DNA from: a virus
Strand: one strand, 5' to 3'
Length of the DNA stretch: 64,000 nucleotides
IMG/VR virus record: IMGVR_UViG_3300032304_002285
Location: 64,001-128,000 of that record
The position numbers were made by a program, and so were the translations under genes. Below are positions 22,251 to 33,000 of the stretch, piece after piece (position 1 is the stretch's first letter; each line of letters starts with the position of its first letter). Under the pieces are notes generated by a model that saw nothing but the letters and a program-made list of their open reading frames with translations, was not told the DNA's origin and did no database searches.

Positions 22251-23345
22251 ATGGGAATGGGTTATCAAGGGTTTGTAAAGTTCTACAAGACAGGTCCAGC
22301 CACCAGCCCGGTTATTTTGCTGGCTACTGGTGCAAGCGTAAATCTTGCATTGGAGCCAATCACAAGCTCGGCTGTTTGGGGTGCTGGTTGGTACAATGCT
22401 GGCGTTGCTCACTATGCGGATTCTGCAATTCGCTATGAGGGTAATGTTGACTTCGAGATGCAAGGGAACAATGACGTTTGGGATTTCTTGGAAGGCTGGA
22501 TTTCTAGCCAACGTGCGTATGCTCGTTCATTAGACATTTCGCCTGATGGTGCTCGTGTTTATCAGTACCGTACTTCTGGTGCTTATAATGCTGCTCTTGA
22601 TACCTATGGTGCTTGGAATACTTCGGCTGGATTCAATACTTCTGAAGGTAGTTTCCTTTCTTGTTCGGCTGGTGTTGTTGCCTTTAGACGTGCAGAGGTA
22701 GATCCTGCTGGCGGGTCTGGTTTCTCGAATTACAGCTACATCAAGCAGAAGCAGGGTGTTATCGGACAGTCTTGCTCTTTGATGGCTACAACTAATCCGT
22801 TGAATCCGGATGTTGACAACGTGAATCCGATTCCGTTTTGGAGGACAAAGGCTGTTCTTAGTAAGGGAACCTATGCTAATCCTTTTGACTTGACTCAACC
22901 TGCTGATACAGGTCTTGAGACAGTTGAATGGAGTGTGGATGTTTCGCAGAACAATGTGATTCTCTATACTTGCAATGGCCAACGTCTTCCTACAGCCTTC
23001 TTGCAAGGTCCTCAGGATGCCAGTGGTTCTGTTATTCTTTATAACCCGAATGGTGTTTTTGACCCCATTATCGGGCCTGCTGGAACTGGTACTCTGACAA
23101 CTCCTTATCTCTATGCAGAAGTTACTTGGTTCACCGTTGAGATTACCAAGAATGCTGCTGGTGATAAACTCTTCCTTGAGCTTCCTGCTGTTTTGGTTGA
23201 GTCTGACGATTACAGCATTCCGGGTCCTGACAGTGTTGTGAATCGTACCTTCTCGTTGAAGGGTTTGGCTGGACGTTGCAATAGCACTGTTACAATGCCT
23301 CCTTTCATTATGTCGAGTTCTGCTGGAGCTTTCGTTGCTCCGTAA
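22251..23345 (+). CDS. Tail tube-like protein, paralog 1 (probable major tail protein)
   Basis: GYQGFVKF...ATGASV...YEGNVDFEM...IPFWRT...EWSVDVSQN. Shares motifs with the 23358 and 25586 ORFs. AGAAGGAG RBS. Confidence 0.6.
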   Translation: MGMGYQGFVKFYKTGPATSPVILLATGASVNLALEPITSSAVWGAGWYNAGVAHYADSAIRYEGNVDFEMQGNNDVWDFLEGWISSQRAYARSLDISPDGARVYQYRTSGAYNAALDTYGAWNTSAGFNTSEGSFLSCSAGVVAFRRAEVDPAGGSGFSNYSYIKQKQGVIGQSCSLMATTNPLNPDVDNVNPIPFWRTKAVLSKGTYANPFDLTQPADTGLETVEWSVDVSQNNVILYTCNGQRLPTAFLQGPQDASGSVILYNPNGVFDPIIGPAGTGTLTTPYLYAEVTWFTVEITKNAAGDKLFLELPAVLVESDDYSIPGPDSVVNRTFSLKGLAGRCNSTVTMPPFIMSSSAGAFVAP

Positions 23346-23357
23346 GGGGTTGATCTA

Positions 23358-24254
23358 GTGGCACTTGGTTACGAGGGATGGGCTAAGTTAGATATAAATG
23401 GGACTGAAGACTTGGTACTTTGTACTGGGGCTTCAGTCCCAATTTCTCGTTTACGCCTTGAATCAAATTCCGGGTATGGCGGAAGGTTAAAGACTCCTGT
23501 TAATGAAATAGCGATTGGGATGCCTCATACTTATGATTGGGATGAGTATGATGGTTCTTTGAGTTTTGAGGTTCATCCAGCCATTATAACTAATCAATTG
23601 AAGCCTTGGGTCTTTGATAGGCAGAAAGCTGGGACTATTAAGATTAGTTCTAGGAAGGGAAATGAAAATTTTCATACATCTTGTTTTTGGAGCAGTATTT
23701 CTTTAAATACTTCTTCGGGATCTAATGTTGAAGGTTCAATTGGTTTTGTTGCAATTGATAGTGGGACTTACGCCGTAGGAGGAGATTATATTGGGAATAA
23801 ACAGGGTAGTAATTTTTTAAGTGATCCTGGTTCTTTGGGGATTCCTAATCCATTGCAAGTTGACAACCAATTTCCTTTTACAAACACCGGATTGATTCCT
23901 TATTGGCAAACAAGAGTCAAGATGGATTCTGTTTATGTTGATTTCATTTCTTGGAATTTGGATTTCACACAAGATGTTGTGAAGTTCTTTGCATGTGAGA
24001 AGAATGCAAGTCCCGTAGAGCCGAAGTTTTTGGCAGTTGGTCCGATGAGTCTCGTTTTTTCTGGGGAATATATGTTTGTTGGTACTTCTCCTTGGGCTGT
24101 TCCAGATTTTTTGAATAATTTATCTGTAGATATAGGTCCTGAGGTAATTAAGATGAAAAGGGGAGAGAAAAACTCCTATAGAGATGACGTGGTTTCGGGT
24201 GAGTCTCTTGTTCCTATTTCGGTTGAGTATTCGGTTTATGAGTTAGAGTCTTAA
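23358..24254 (+). CDS. Tail tube-like protein, paralog 2
   Basis: GYEGWAKL...CTGASV...YDGSLSFEV...IPYWQT...SWNLDFTQD. Confidence 0.55.
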   Translation: MALGYEGWAKLDINGTEDLVLCTGASVPISRLRLESNSGYGGRLKTPVNEIAIGMPHTYDWDEYDGSLSFEVHPAIITNQLKPWVFDRQKAGTIKISSRKGNENFHTSCFWSSISLNTSSGSNVEGSIGFVAIDSGTYAVGGDYIGNKQGSNFLSDPGSLGIPNPLQVDNQFPFTNTGLIPYWQTRVKMDSVYVDFISWNLDFTQDVVKFFACEKNASPVEPKFLAVGPMSLVFSGEYMFVGTSPWAVPDFLNNLSVDIGPEVIKMKRGEKNSYRDDVVSGESLVPISVEYSVYELES

Positions 24255-24368
24255 GGTTGGTCCAGGTTGAAAGACCTGAAATTATGATAAAACATATGAT
24301 ATTTAGTATTACACAGAAATGGCGGTATTTTATCGCTGCATTTCTGTGTTTTTTTTTGGAGTAAACCA

Positions 24369-24854
24369 ATGCCAGTAATCGAACCAAAGCAAGAGAAGAG
24401 CAAAGAGTTGGCTTCACAGGATCGTCTTGATGAGAAGCTGATGAAGGCTGGTAAGTATGAAATTACTCAGGAGGATGTTTTTACCATTGAGATATGGTTA
24501 AAGAGAGTTGAAAAGAGATGGATTCTTTGTAATGCAAACGAAAAGAATTCAACAAAAGAGGAAGTTGCTTTTAGAATGTGGACTTATGATGAGATGATTA
24601 ATCTTCGGAAGATGGCAACTTCTTATGATCCGATCAAGAGGCTTCATATGGTTGATCATGACGCATTGAATCGTTTGAAGATTCAGAAGTTTTTATTGAC
24701 TTGGACTTTTGATAGAGACAATCCGAGACTTAGAATTCATCATTCTGGTGGAGTGATGACGGATGAGAGTTGGGGTGCTTTTACAAAGCTTCATCCAAAT
24801 ATTTGTACTTTTATAATTGAACGGATGAATATGGTTTTTGAATATAACGGGTAA
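24369..24854 (+). CDS. Tail assembly chaperone-like protein, paralog 1
   Basis: FRMWTYDE...FLLTWTF. Located between tube genes and the tape measure. Confidence 0.5.
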   Translation: MPVIEPKQEKSKELASQDRLDEKLMKAGKYEITQEDVFTIEIWLKRVEKRWILCNANEKNSTKEEVAFRMWTYDEMINLRKMATSYDPIKRLHMVDHDALNRLKIQKFLLTWTFDRDNPRLRIHHSGGVMTDESWGAFTKLHPNICTFIIERMNMVFEYNG

Positions 24855-24857
24855 ACA

Positions 24858-25580
24858 ATGTCTCTTAGTCCAGAAGAAATTGCCAAGAGGGAGTTCGAGC
24901 TTTTAACCTCGCCAGATACGGTGAGGGTAAAGGTTTTTGTTCGGCGTTTTGGTTCTTTTGTTTTGCCTGATGAGAATGGCAAGGAAGAGGTTGAGGCAAT
25001 TTTCCGGATGATGACGTTTGGGGATAACTTGATAATAGAAAAGGCTTGTACTTACAGAATAGACAATAAGGAAACGAGAGAGAAGAGAGATGAAGTTGAT
25101 ATTAATGAAATACGTAGGCTTATTGTGAAGAGGAATCTTCTTTCTTGGTCTTTGCCTATTCCTGTTGTTAGGGAAAATGATTGGATCACAAAGGAGAGTT
25201 ATGCAAGAGTGAGTAGTGTTCCTGCTCCTTTACTTGATGCTTTGTTGGATAGGTATGAAGAGAGAATTAAGATTACTCATGATGATGAGGAAATAATCAA
25301 TCGTCAATGTTCTGTTTTGTTTTCTAAGAATAGCAGAGGTGTTGCTGATTCATGTGAGGCTGTGAGTTTGTATTGTACCTTGGGGAATTATTGGGACAAG
25401 TTTGGGCTTGATAGGTTTAGTATTTTGAGCTTGCCTTATAGAGAGTATTTGATGTTAAAGATCATGCTTGGGAAAGAAGGGGAGTCTCATAAGGCTGCTG
25501 CTGCTCAGCGGAATCACTCTCCATCAAAGGTTGCGATGGGTGGTGGGAAAGTAAGAGCAAGTCGGGCAACTGCTGGATAA
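24858..25580 (+). CDS. Tail assembly chaperone-like protein, paralog 2
   Basis: FRMMTFGD...NLLSWSL. Confidence 0.5.
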   Translation: MSLSPEEIAKREFELLTSPDTVRVKVFVRRFGSFVLPDENGKEEVEAIFRMMTFGDNLIIEKACTYRIDNKETREKRDEVDINEIRRLIVKRNLLSWSLPIPVVRENDWITKESYARVSSVPAPLLDALLDRYEERIKITHDDEEIINRQCSVLFSKNSRGVADSCEAVSLYCTLGNYWDKFGLDRFSILSLPYREYLMLKIMLGKEGESHKAAAAQRNHSPSKVAMGGGKVRASRATAG

Positions 25581-25585
25581 ATTTT

Positions 25586-26404
25586 ATGACAAACGTAGCT
25601 AAAAATTTAGGGTATGCTGGATCTGGAGTTGTTGACGGGGTTCAGGTATTGATTACTGGTGGCGGCTTCGATAAGGCTGTTACTCCTTCTTATTTGAATC
25701 CTCTTGATATTTCTCCAACTGCGGTTTCTCGTTCTCGGGTTTTACATGCAGATGGTGTAGAGGCTTATTCTGGTTCTTTGTCTTTTGATGTTACTCAGAA
25801 TTTTCTAAATATTTTGACAACAAGCAAGCTTTTCAAAAGAAGATACAGTTTTGCGGTTGGATTTGATGATGGGGAGGCAAGTAAGGGATTAACAAATTGC
25901 TATGTGACTTCTCTTTCTATTAATGGTGCTGCTGGTGGTTTAATGTCAGCTTCTATTTCAGTCGTTTCTGCTTCAGCTTTGGCGACTATGGTAGTCGCAA
26001 ATAATTATATTGGTTTTCAGGGTTCTCAAGGGGTTAATGATAATATGCCAATGGGCTATTGGTATTCTGGTAATACAAATGTTAAAGAATGGTCTTTGTC
26101 AATGAATCAGGATGCTAGTCCTGTTTATGGGAATAAAAACGTCAAGACTCCTCAATATATAAAAATAGGGTTGGTTTCTTACACATTGACGGTGACAACA
26201 TATGAGCAGCTTTATCCTTATACCCCTGCTCCATCCGGGGGAACGGATGCTATTTATATTTCTACTTCTTCGTTTACATTAAAGGGTGCAATTACGTCTG
26301 AGAATAGTTCTTACAATGGGACGGGTGATTTAGGAGGGTACGTTCACACATTTGAATCAGCAGCAGACGCATCGACGGGTTCGGGCGATAGTATCATCAC
26401 ATGA
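25586..26404 (+). CDS. Tail tube-like protein, paralog 3
   Basis: LGYAGSG...ITGGGF...YSGSLSFDV...GYWYS...KEWSLSMNQD. Confidence 0.55.
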   Translation: MTNVAKNLGYAGSGVVDGVQVLITGGGFDKAVTPSYLNPLDISPTAVSRSRVLHADGVEAYSGSLSFDVTQNFLNILTTSKLFKRRYSFAVGFDDGEASKGLTNCYVTSLSINGAAGGLMSASISVVSASALATMVVANNYIGFQGSQGVNDNMPMGYWYSGNTNVKEWSLSMNQDASPVYGNKNVKTPQYIKIGLVSYTLTVTTYEQLYPYTPAPSGGTDAIYISTSSFTLKGAITSENSSYNGTGDLGGYVHTFESAADASTGSGDSIIT

Positions 26405-26420
26405 AAAGGAGTAGGGGATT

Positions 26421-27035
26421 ATGTCGGAAGTAGATCAGGTTGTGAAGGTAGAGGGTGAGACTTCTGTTTCTCAGGTTCCGGTTGTTGAAACGGGGATTGA
26501 TGAGAAGAGAATTGGGAACAAAGAATCCGGGGTAAACTTGGATGCTCTTGCTTCTGATTCTGTCAAAGAGGTTCCTGAGGTATGTGCATTTCCATCCTTT
26601 TTTATTGACGAAAAAGATAGGCAACGCATTGAGTTGGATATTCTTTGTGACAAAAAAACAGGGAAGATCGAGAGTATTTCCCGTGCTAATATTGGGATTG
26701 ATTTCACACAATTCAAATATTTTAGTCATACAGTAGAGTGGTTTGAATTTTCGGTTCCTACTTATGAGGATATGGCTTCTTATCGGCAAAGGAGTTCGAT
26801 CTATAGGAGAGAAGCCGGGAAGATGTTGGTTGATGCAAATCAGCTTCGGAACTTCTTTATTGTTTGGCATTTGAAGGATTGGAGTCTTAGAGATTCCAGG
26901 GGGAATAAGGTTGAGTTGTCGTTTACGGATGAGGGTGCTTTGGACAACGCAACGATCAAGGTTGTTTATAAGACTCCTCCAACTTTGTTGGATGTTCTCA
27001 TGACAACCTTTGAGAAAGAGGTTGTTCTTACTTGA
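26421..27035 (+). CDS. Tail assembly chaperone-like protein, paralog 3
   Basis: FSVPTYED...HLKDWSL. Immediately upstream of the tape measure. Confidence 0.5.
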   Translation: MSEVDQVVKVEGETSVSQVPVVETGIDEKRIGNKESGVNLDALASDSVKEVPEVCAFPSFFIDEKDRQRIELDILCDKKTGKIESISRANIGIDFTQFKYFSHTVEWFEFSVPTYEDMASYRQRSSIYRREAGKMLVDANQLRNFFIVWHLKDWSLRDSRGNKVELSFTDEGALDNATIKVVYKTPPTLLDVLMTTFEKEVVLT

Positions 27036-27052
27036 TATAATGGAGACGTGTC

Positions 27053-30000
27053 ATGGCTGGAGTTGAAGACTTCAAAGATCTTTCGGATGCTGTTGTAGAT
27101 AGTGGCAACAGAATGCGTTCATCTTTGTCTGAAGCAGTTGGTGCTGCTCGGGAGATGGATCGTGTTCTTGAGGCTGTTTCTAAACAGCAAACAAGATCCT
27201 TGAGGGTTTCTTCCAGCTATGATTCGTCAATTAAAAGTACTGCTGTTCAGCTTAAGCAGATAAAGAAGGGTGCTGCTGGGGTTAGAGATACGATTCGTGC
27301 AGCAACAGCAGCGTTTACTTCTGCAAATAAGGCTTTGAAGGATTTTAATAAGTTAACGGAAGATTCTGTTGATGAATTAAAAGAGATTTCCAAGGTTGAT
27401 CTTTCGCTATCTGGTCTTGATTCTGCCTCAAAAAATATGTCTGCAATGGCAAAGGCGGCTTTGGAATTAAACAAGGCACAGAAGGGATCTGTAGCCATTT
27501 CAAGACAGTATGAATCGACAACCAGAGATCTTTCTGAAAATCTTTTGAAGATTGTTGGTTCTTTAAAGAGTGCTGCTACAAATATTCGTTCCTTCAATCG
27601 GGAATTAAAGTCGGGGAAAAAGCTTGGTGAGTCTTTTAGGGATTCATTGGGTAATATGAATTTTGAAGGAAAGATCAGTTTTTCAGTTGATGATTCTAGT
27701 TTGGCAAGTGTTCAGGACGTGATTAACAATTTACAAAAAGAACTTTCTGCTGATTTGAGTGTTGATCTTGGGGGTGGAAAGAAGAGTAAGGAAGAAGTTC
27801 TTACTGAAAAACATTATAAGCTTGATGAAGCGTATGCTAAGAGAAAACTATCCAAAGGAGAGAGTGAATCTATTGAGGTAAGCCAGAAGATATTGAGAGA
27901 GCAAATTCGTTCAAGGAAATCAGAAGGGATTTCTGCTACTGCTGCTGGCAAGTCTTTAGATGCAGCAAAAGTACCAAAATTAGAAGGTTCTGATTTTTCC
28001 AAGCCTAAAGGTTTGTCTCTTGATTATTCGATGTTTGATAAGGTTATTGCTCAATTAACCAAGAATAATCGTTTTACAAAAACAATGGGTAGGGACTCAT
28101 CTACAACCTCTAAAGACATTGGAGCAATGGCAGATGAGGCTTTAACCAAGGGTTCTCTTTATACACATGATGCTGTTTTGGAAAACCTGCTCAAGAAGCA
28201 AATTGACATTTTAAATAAGCAGGTTGATATAGAGAAATCTGGCCCTCAGAATTCCGCTTCGATTACTCGCCAGATAGACTTGTCGGCAGAGCTTGCCAAA
28301 TTCAAGAAGATGTTGTCTTCCTTGGATGATTTGGGGGCTGGGGTTCAGACAAAGGTTCGTCAAAGGATTCGTCGTAAGAAGAATTCAATGTCAGCCGAAG
28401 ATGCTTTTTCGGATGTGGTTCCTTCTTTAAAGGGTGAGTTGGATGAGGCTGGGAAAAAATCAAAGGGTGCGGCTACTGCTGATTTAGTTCCCAAGGAATG
28501 GGATAAAGAAATAAAGAAGATCAATAAGGGGATGCTTGTCTTAAAAAATACCATGAAGAATTCATCTTCGTGGTTTGAGATGGAGCATGCTAAGGAGAAG
28601 TTAGAAGAGCTTGCTGTAGAAGCTCAGAATCTTAGGTCTTTCAAGGAGATAGTAAAGGACTTTGATGAGGCTGAGCTTGCTGAATTAAGATTGGCGATTG
28701 CTACTGGGAAACTCAATGAGAAGATGGTAGAGATCATTGGCAATAAAGATGAATTTTCGGATGTGTTCAACAGTCAGGCGGAAGCGGCAAAGGCTGCTGC
28801 TGAATCGGATTCATCTTTAGAGAAAGAGATGAATAAGAAGTTTAGTGTTATGGGGAAATTGAATAAGAAGTTTGAGGAGGGAAAAGAGGAGGCAATTAAA
28901 TTTACTGGTGGATCTACGATGGCTGGTGGCGCAATGGCTGCTGGTGGTCTTGCTGCTTTATTTTTGGCAAAGGAATTGGGGGAGCTTGCTGAAAAATACA
29001 AAGAGGCGGCGATTGGTCTTTCTGAGTTTAACGTTGAAATGGATGCTCAATCTACAAAAGCTTTTGGTTCTGGTGCAACGGATACAGCATTTAAGAAAAT
29101 AAGGAGTGAGTTGCATTTAACCAAAAAAGAAGCTGGTGGGTTTTTCGATGTTTTGACTGAAGGATATCTTGGAGGAGTTGTTAGTGTTCAGAAGTTGGTT
29201 GCTGCTGGTAATCAGTTAAAGCATACATTTGGAGGAGATCAGACAAAAAGGCTGAAGGAGTATGTAGAATTACTTAAAGAAATTCCGACGATTGAAACAG
29301 ACTTGTCTATTTCTGCAAATTCGGATGACAAGACTGCTGCTTTGTTTGCTTTAGCACAAAAGGGAAAAATCAGCACTGTTATGGAATTACAAGCTGCTGG
29401 TTTGGCTGGTGGCGTAAAGACAATGGATCGAGCTTCAAAAGAAGATGTTAAGCTTTTAAATGCTGCTCATTCTACAGAGAAGGCGGTACAAGATATAAAA
29501 GACGCCATGTTGAATAAGTTTTTTCCGACATGGGGACCTCAATTTGCTGCCATTACAGAAAACACTGCTGAGATTTCAAAGTTGTTATTGAAGGTTGTCG
29601 TTCTTGCAGGAGCAATGAAGGCTTTTGGGGCTATGTCAAAGCTTGGAGGTATTTCTGGTATTGCAGGGAAGATGGGAATGGGTGCTGCTGCTGGTGGTGC
29701 TCCTGGGGCTGCTGGTCTTGCTGCTGGGGTTTCTGCTAAGGCGTTTGGAGCATTAAATGTAGCACTTGGTTCTTTTGCAACAACAGTGGCTTTGGCTGGT
29801 GTTGCTTTTGGGGTGGCTGGACATCTTGTTCAAAAATCTGCTGACAAATCGGAAGAAGCGGGGGATACAGTTGCAGCAGAACAGAAAAGATTTAGTGCTG
29901 GAATATTAAAAACAACTGCTACTATTGCAACTTTTGCTGTGATTGGGTCTTTAGTTCCTGTTATTGGAACGGTTGCAGGAGCCCTTGCTGGTTTGGCGGT

Positions 30001-33000
30001 TGGTATTTATCAGAATGAGAAAAACCTATCTGGATTAGAAAGCGATAAGGTTATTACCGGGACGCTTGGTAAGGTTAATGAAATTTTGGAAAGAGGCATG
30101 ATGGATCGTCAATCCAAGCAGCAAACGGCTGCTTTGGAATTCCAAAAAACATTTAACAGGCTTAATTCTGAAACCAACAATGCCAAGAAAGAGTTGTTCG
30201 AGTTTAGGAAAGGCTTGGCAGAAGTAAATCTTAAAAGTTTGGCAGAACTTGGTGGAACTGCTGCTGAGTTTGATCAGGCGTTTAAGACGTTGACAGGTTC
30301 TATTACTGGTCGATTTGATTTGATGAAAAAGGCTTTTGATAAGTCTCGTTTTGACATATTAAACAATGGAAAACTTGATGCTCAGACAAGAAGGATGGCA
30401 CTGGATAAACTGCATAAGTCAGAGCTAGATTCGGCTAGAGAATTTGTTGAAGGGATGAAAGCAGCAGCCGAATCTTTATATAAAAGTCCTGAGTTGATCA
30501 AGAAGCAATTACAAGCAAAAATTGCTAAGGCTACTTTTGATTTAAATTTGGAAGGTAGGGTTTTTGAGGCTAGTGAGTCTGGCGAAATGCTCATGAAAGA
30601 GATTCATACTGCTGTTTCAGAGCAGAAGAAGACAGTAGAACAAGCAAATAAAGCGGTAGGTATTGCGGCTAAAACCCAGATTGGCATGTCTCAGGATAAA
30701 ATTAATACCCAAGGGAAAATGGTAAAAAAGTTTTCTTCTGGGAATGATGATGTTTCTAGGGGTATTAGGGAGAGTGTAAACATTAATCCGGAGATGGTTG
30801 CTGCTGTTGAATTTGACCAAAGCAAGATGGGGGATATCTCATCTGAAGCAGCAGAAGTAATCACAAAGAATCTTGTACAATCTGCTGACGGAAAGATTGC
30901 TATTCCGAAAGACATTTACAATTCTCTTACCGATAGTGCTAAAGAGGCTCTTGGTGAAACAGCAGATATTATTACATCACGTTATAATATTGATTTTAAC
31001 CAGCTACAAGCATCCCTCAAAAAGGTTAGTGATGAATTGGATTCTGTTCAGAAGGAGTCGGATGACTTTGCTGCTAAGGTTTCGTCAACAGCATCAACTA
31101 GCCTTCCTGGTTTGATTATGGCCATGAAGAAAAACAATTCTGAGCTTAGGGCTTATGATGAGGCAATTGCAAAAAGCGAAAAGACCTTGAGTACAGAGAC
31201 AGACACAGGGAAAATCAATGCTGCAAGAAGAGATATTAAGGAGGCTCGTGAGAATAAGCAGCAATTACAAGAAGAGCAGGGTAAGAATCAGGATATTTTG
31301 AATAAAAAGGCGGGACAACTAGTTGAGACCATGAAGACAAAAGGTGGTCCTAATAAAGATAAGGTAATCGAAGGGTTTCATGCTTACATCAAGTCTGTTC
31401 AGGATGGGGACTCAGAAAAAGAAGTTCTTAATGAAAAGGAATTGAGTCGGCTTTTCCAAGTAAAAGATGGCTTGACGGGAATGGCTGGTCAGGATTTCCA
31501 AAATCTTCAAAAGATGATGGAGAATGATTCAAAACAAGACGCCCTCTTGAAGCAAAAAGAGGCTCTTTCTTCTTTGAATGTAGACACTTCTGAGAGCATT
31601 AATATGATTCAAGAAGAAGAATTGAGGCGTATTGATGAAACAGCAAAGACAGAGATGGCTGTTCGTGAGTCTATAAGGAAAATGGCTCAAATGTTGTCTG
31701 TTGAATTGGATGATAGGAGTCGAGAGTTAGAGCTTTTAAATATTCGATCTTCCGTGGATGCTGCAATTGGAGATTCGGTTGAGAATCAAGTTGCCAAGAT
31801 GTCTAAGCAGGTAGAGGTTTATGAAGAGCGTTTAAGTCTTAATAAGGAATTAAACGGAAAAATTCAAGAAGAGCTTGTTAATTGGAATCAACAAAAGGGT
31901 GATTTGGAGAAGGCTATAGAGAAAGCGGAAGAAAGTGGAGATACTGATGCTCTGAAAAAATTCAAAGGAGATCTTTCTTATGTAAAAGGAAGAATCAAGG
32001 TTGCCAACGAGGAGTTGAAAAGCGTAGAAGGGTTGGCAAATGAGATGGGGCAAAAGATTTTAGAGGCTGCTTCTTCATTCCAGGATGTTTTTAGCTCATT
32101 ATCTGAGGATGTTAAGTTCAAGGCTGTTTCTAAAAAGATGGACTTAAGCTCAGCCATGAATGAGCTTGCTAATTATTCGGATAGCTGGAAATCCATGACA
32201 AAGGAATCTTTTGAAATTTCATTAAAGGCTTCCCAAGAACGTCTTAAAATGGAGAAAGAGGCAATTAAATCCACACTGCCTGAGAAGATGAAAAGCATTA
32301 ATGATTATTATGATTCTTTGTTAAAGAAGGGTGAGGACCCTAATAAGGTTGAGGCTGGAAGACAAAGTTCCATTAATAGTCTTCAGGTGGGTGTATTGGA
32401 AGAGTTGGCGAAGAAAGAGGTTGAGCAAAAGAGATCGGTTGTTGAGGCTGCTAAAAAAGAGATGGATCTTGCTGATGCTCATATAGAAGCAAGACAGCAG
32501 GTTGTAGAGGCAGAGGCTTCATTCTTGGCTGATATTGGTGGAAGCTGGAAGCAGGTTCTTGATCTTCAATATCAGAGTGTTGCCTATGAGAAAGAGAAAG
32601 CTGATATAGCTGCCGAATATACTAGGAAGCTGGAGGCAAGCGGGGAAAGGGGCTTGGTGTTAGATCAGGCAAGAAGCGCTGCACGTTTGGCTGAATTAAA
32701 GTATCAACAGAAGGCTCTTGGTGCTCAAAGAAATGCCTATGAAAAACTGGCTGGTATGGCTTTCGGTTCCATAAGGGATTCTTATGGTATTCGTAGCAAT
32801 ACCAATTCGCCTACGTTTATGATGGGAAGAGAAAATACCCAAGTAAAGACAAGATCGGGTATGTATAGAAGCGCAGGCAAGGAAGGTGTTTTGTCTATTG
32901 AGCAGCGTTCAGCAAATGCTCAGCTTGCGGGTTTTGGTACACCAGCAGGGGCTAAAAAGCCAACAGATGAGGTATTGGACAAATCCATGTCCGAATTAAC

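Noticed and set aside
24369-25580. Lambda G/GT-type programmed frameshift between chaperone genes
   Set aside because: The two ORFs are in the same frame (TAA ACA ATG) with no clear XXXYYYZ site. They look like separate paralogs.
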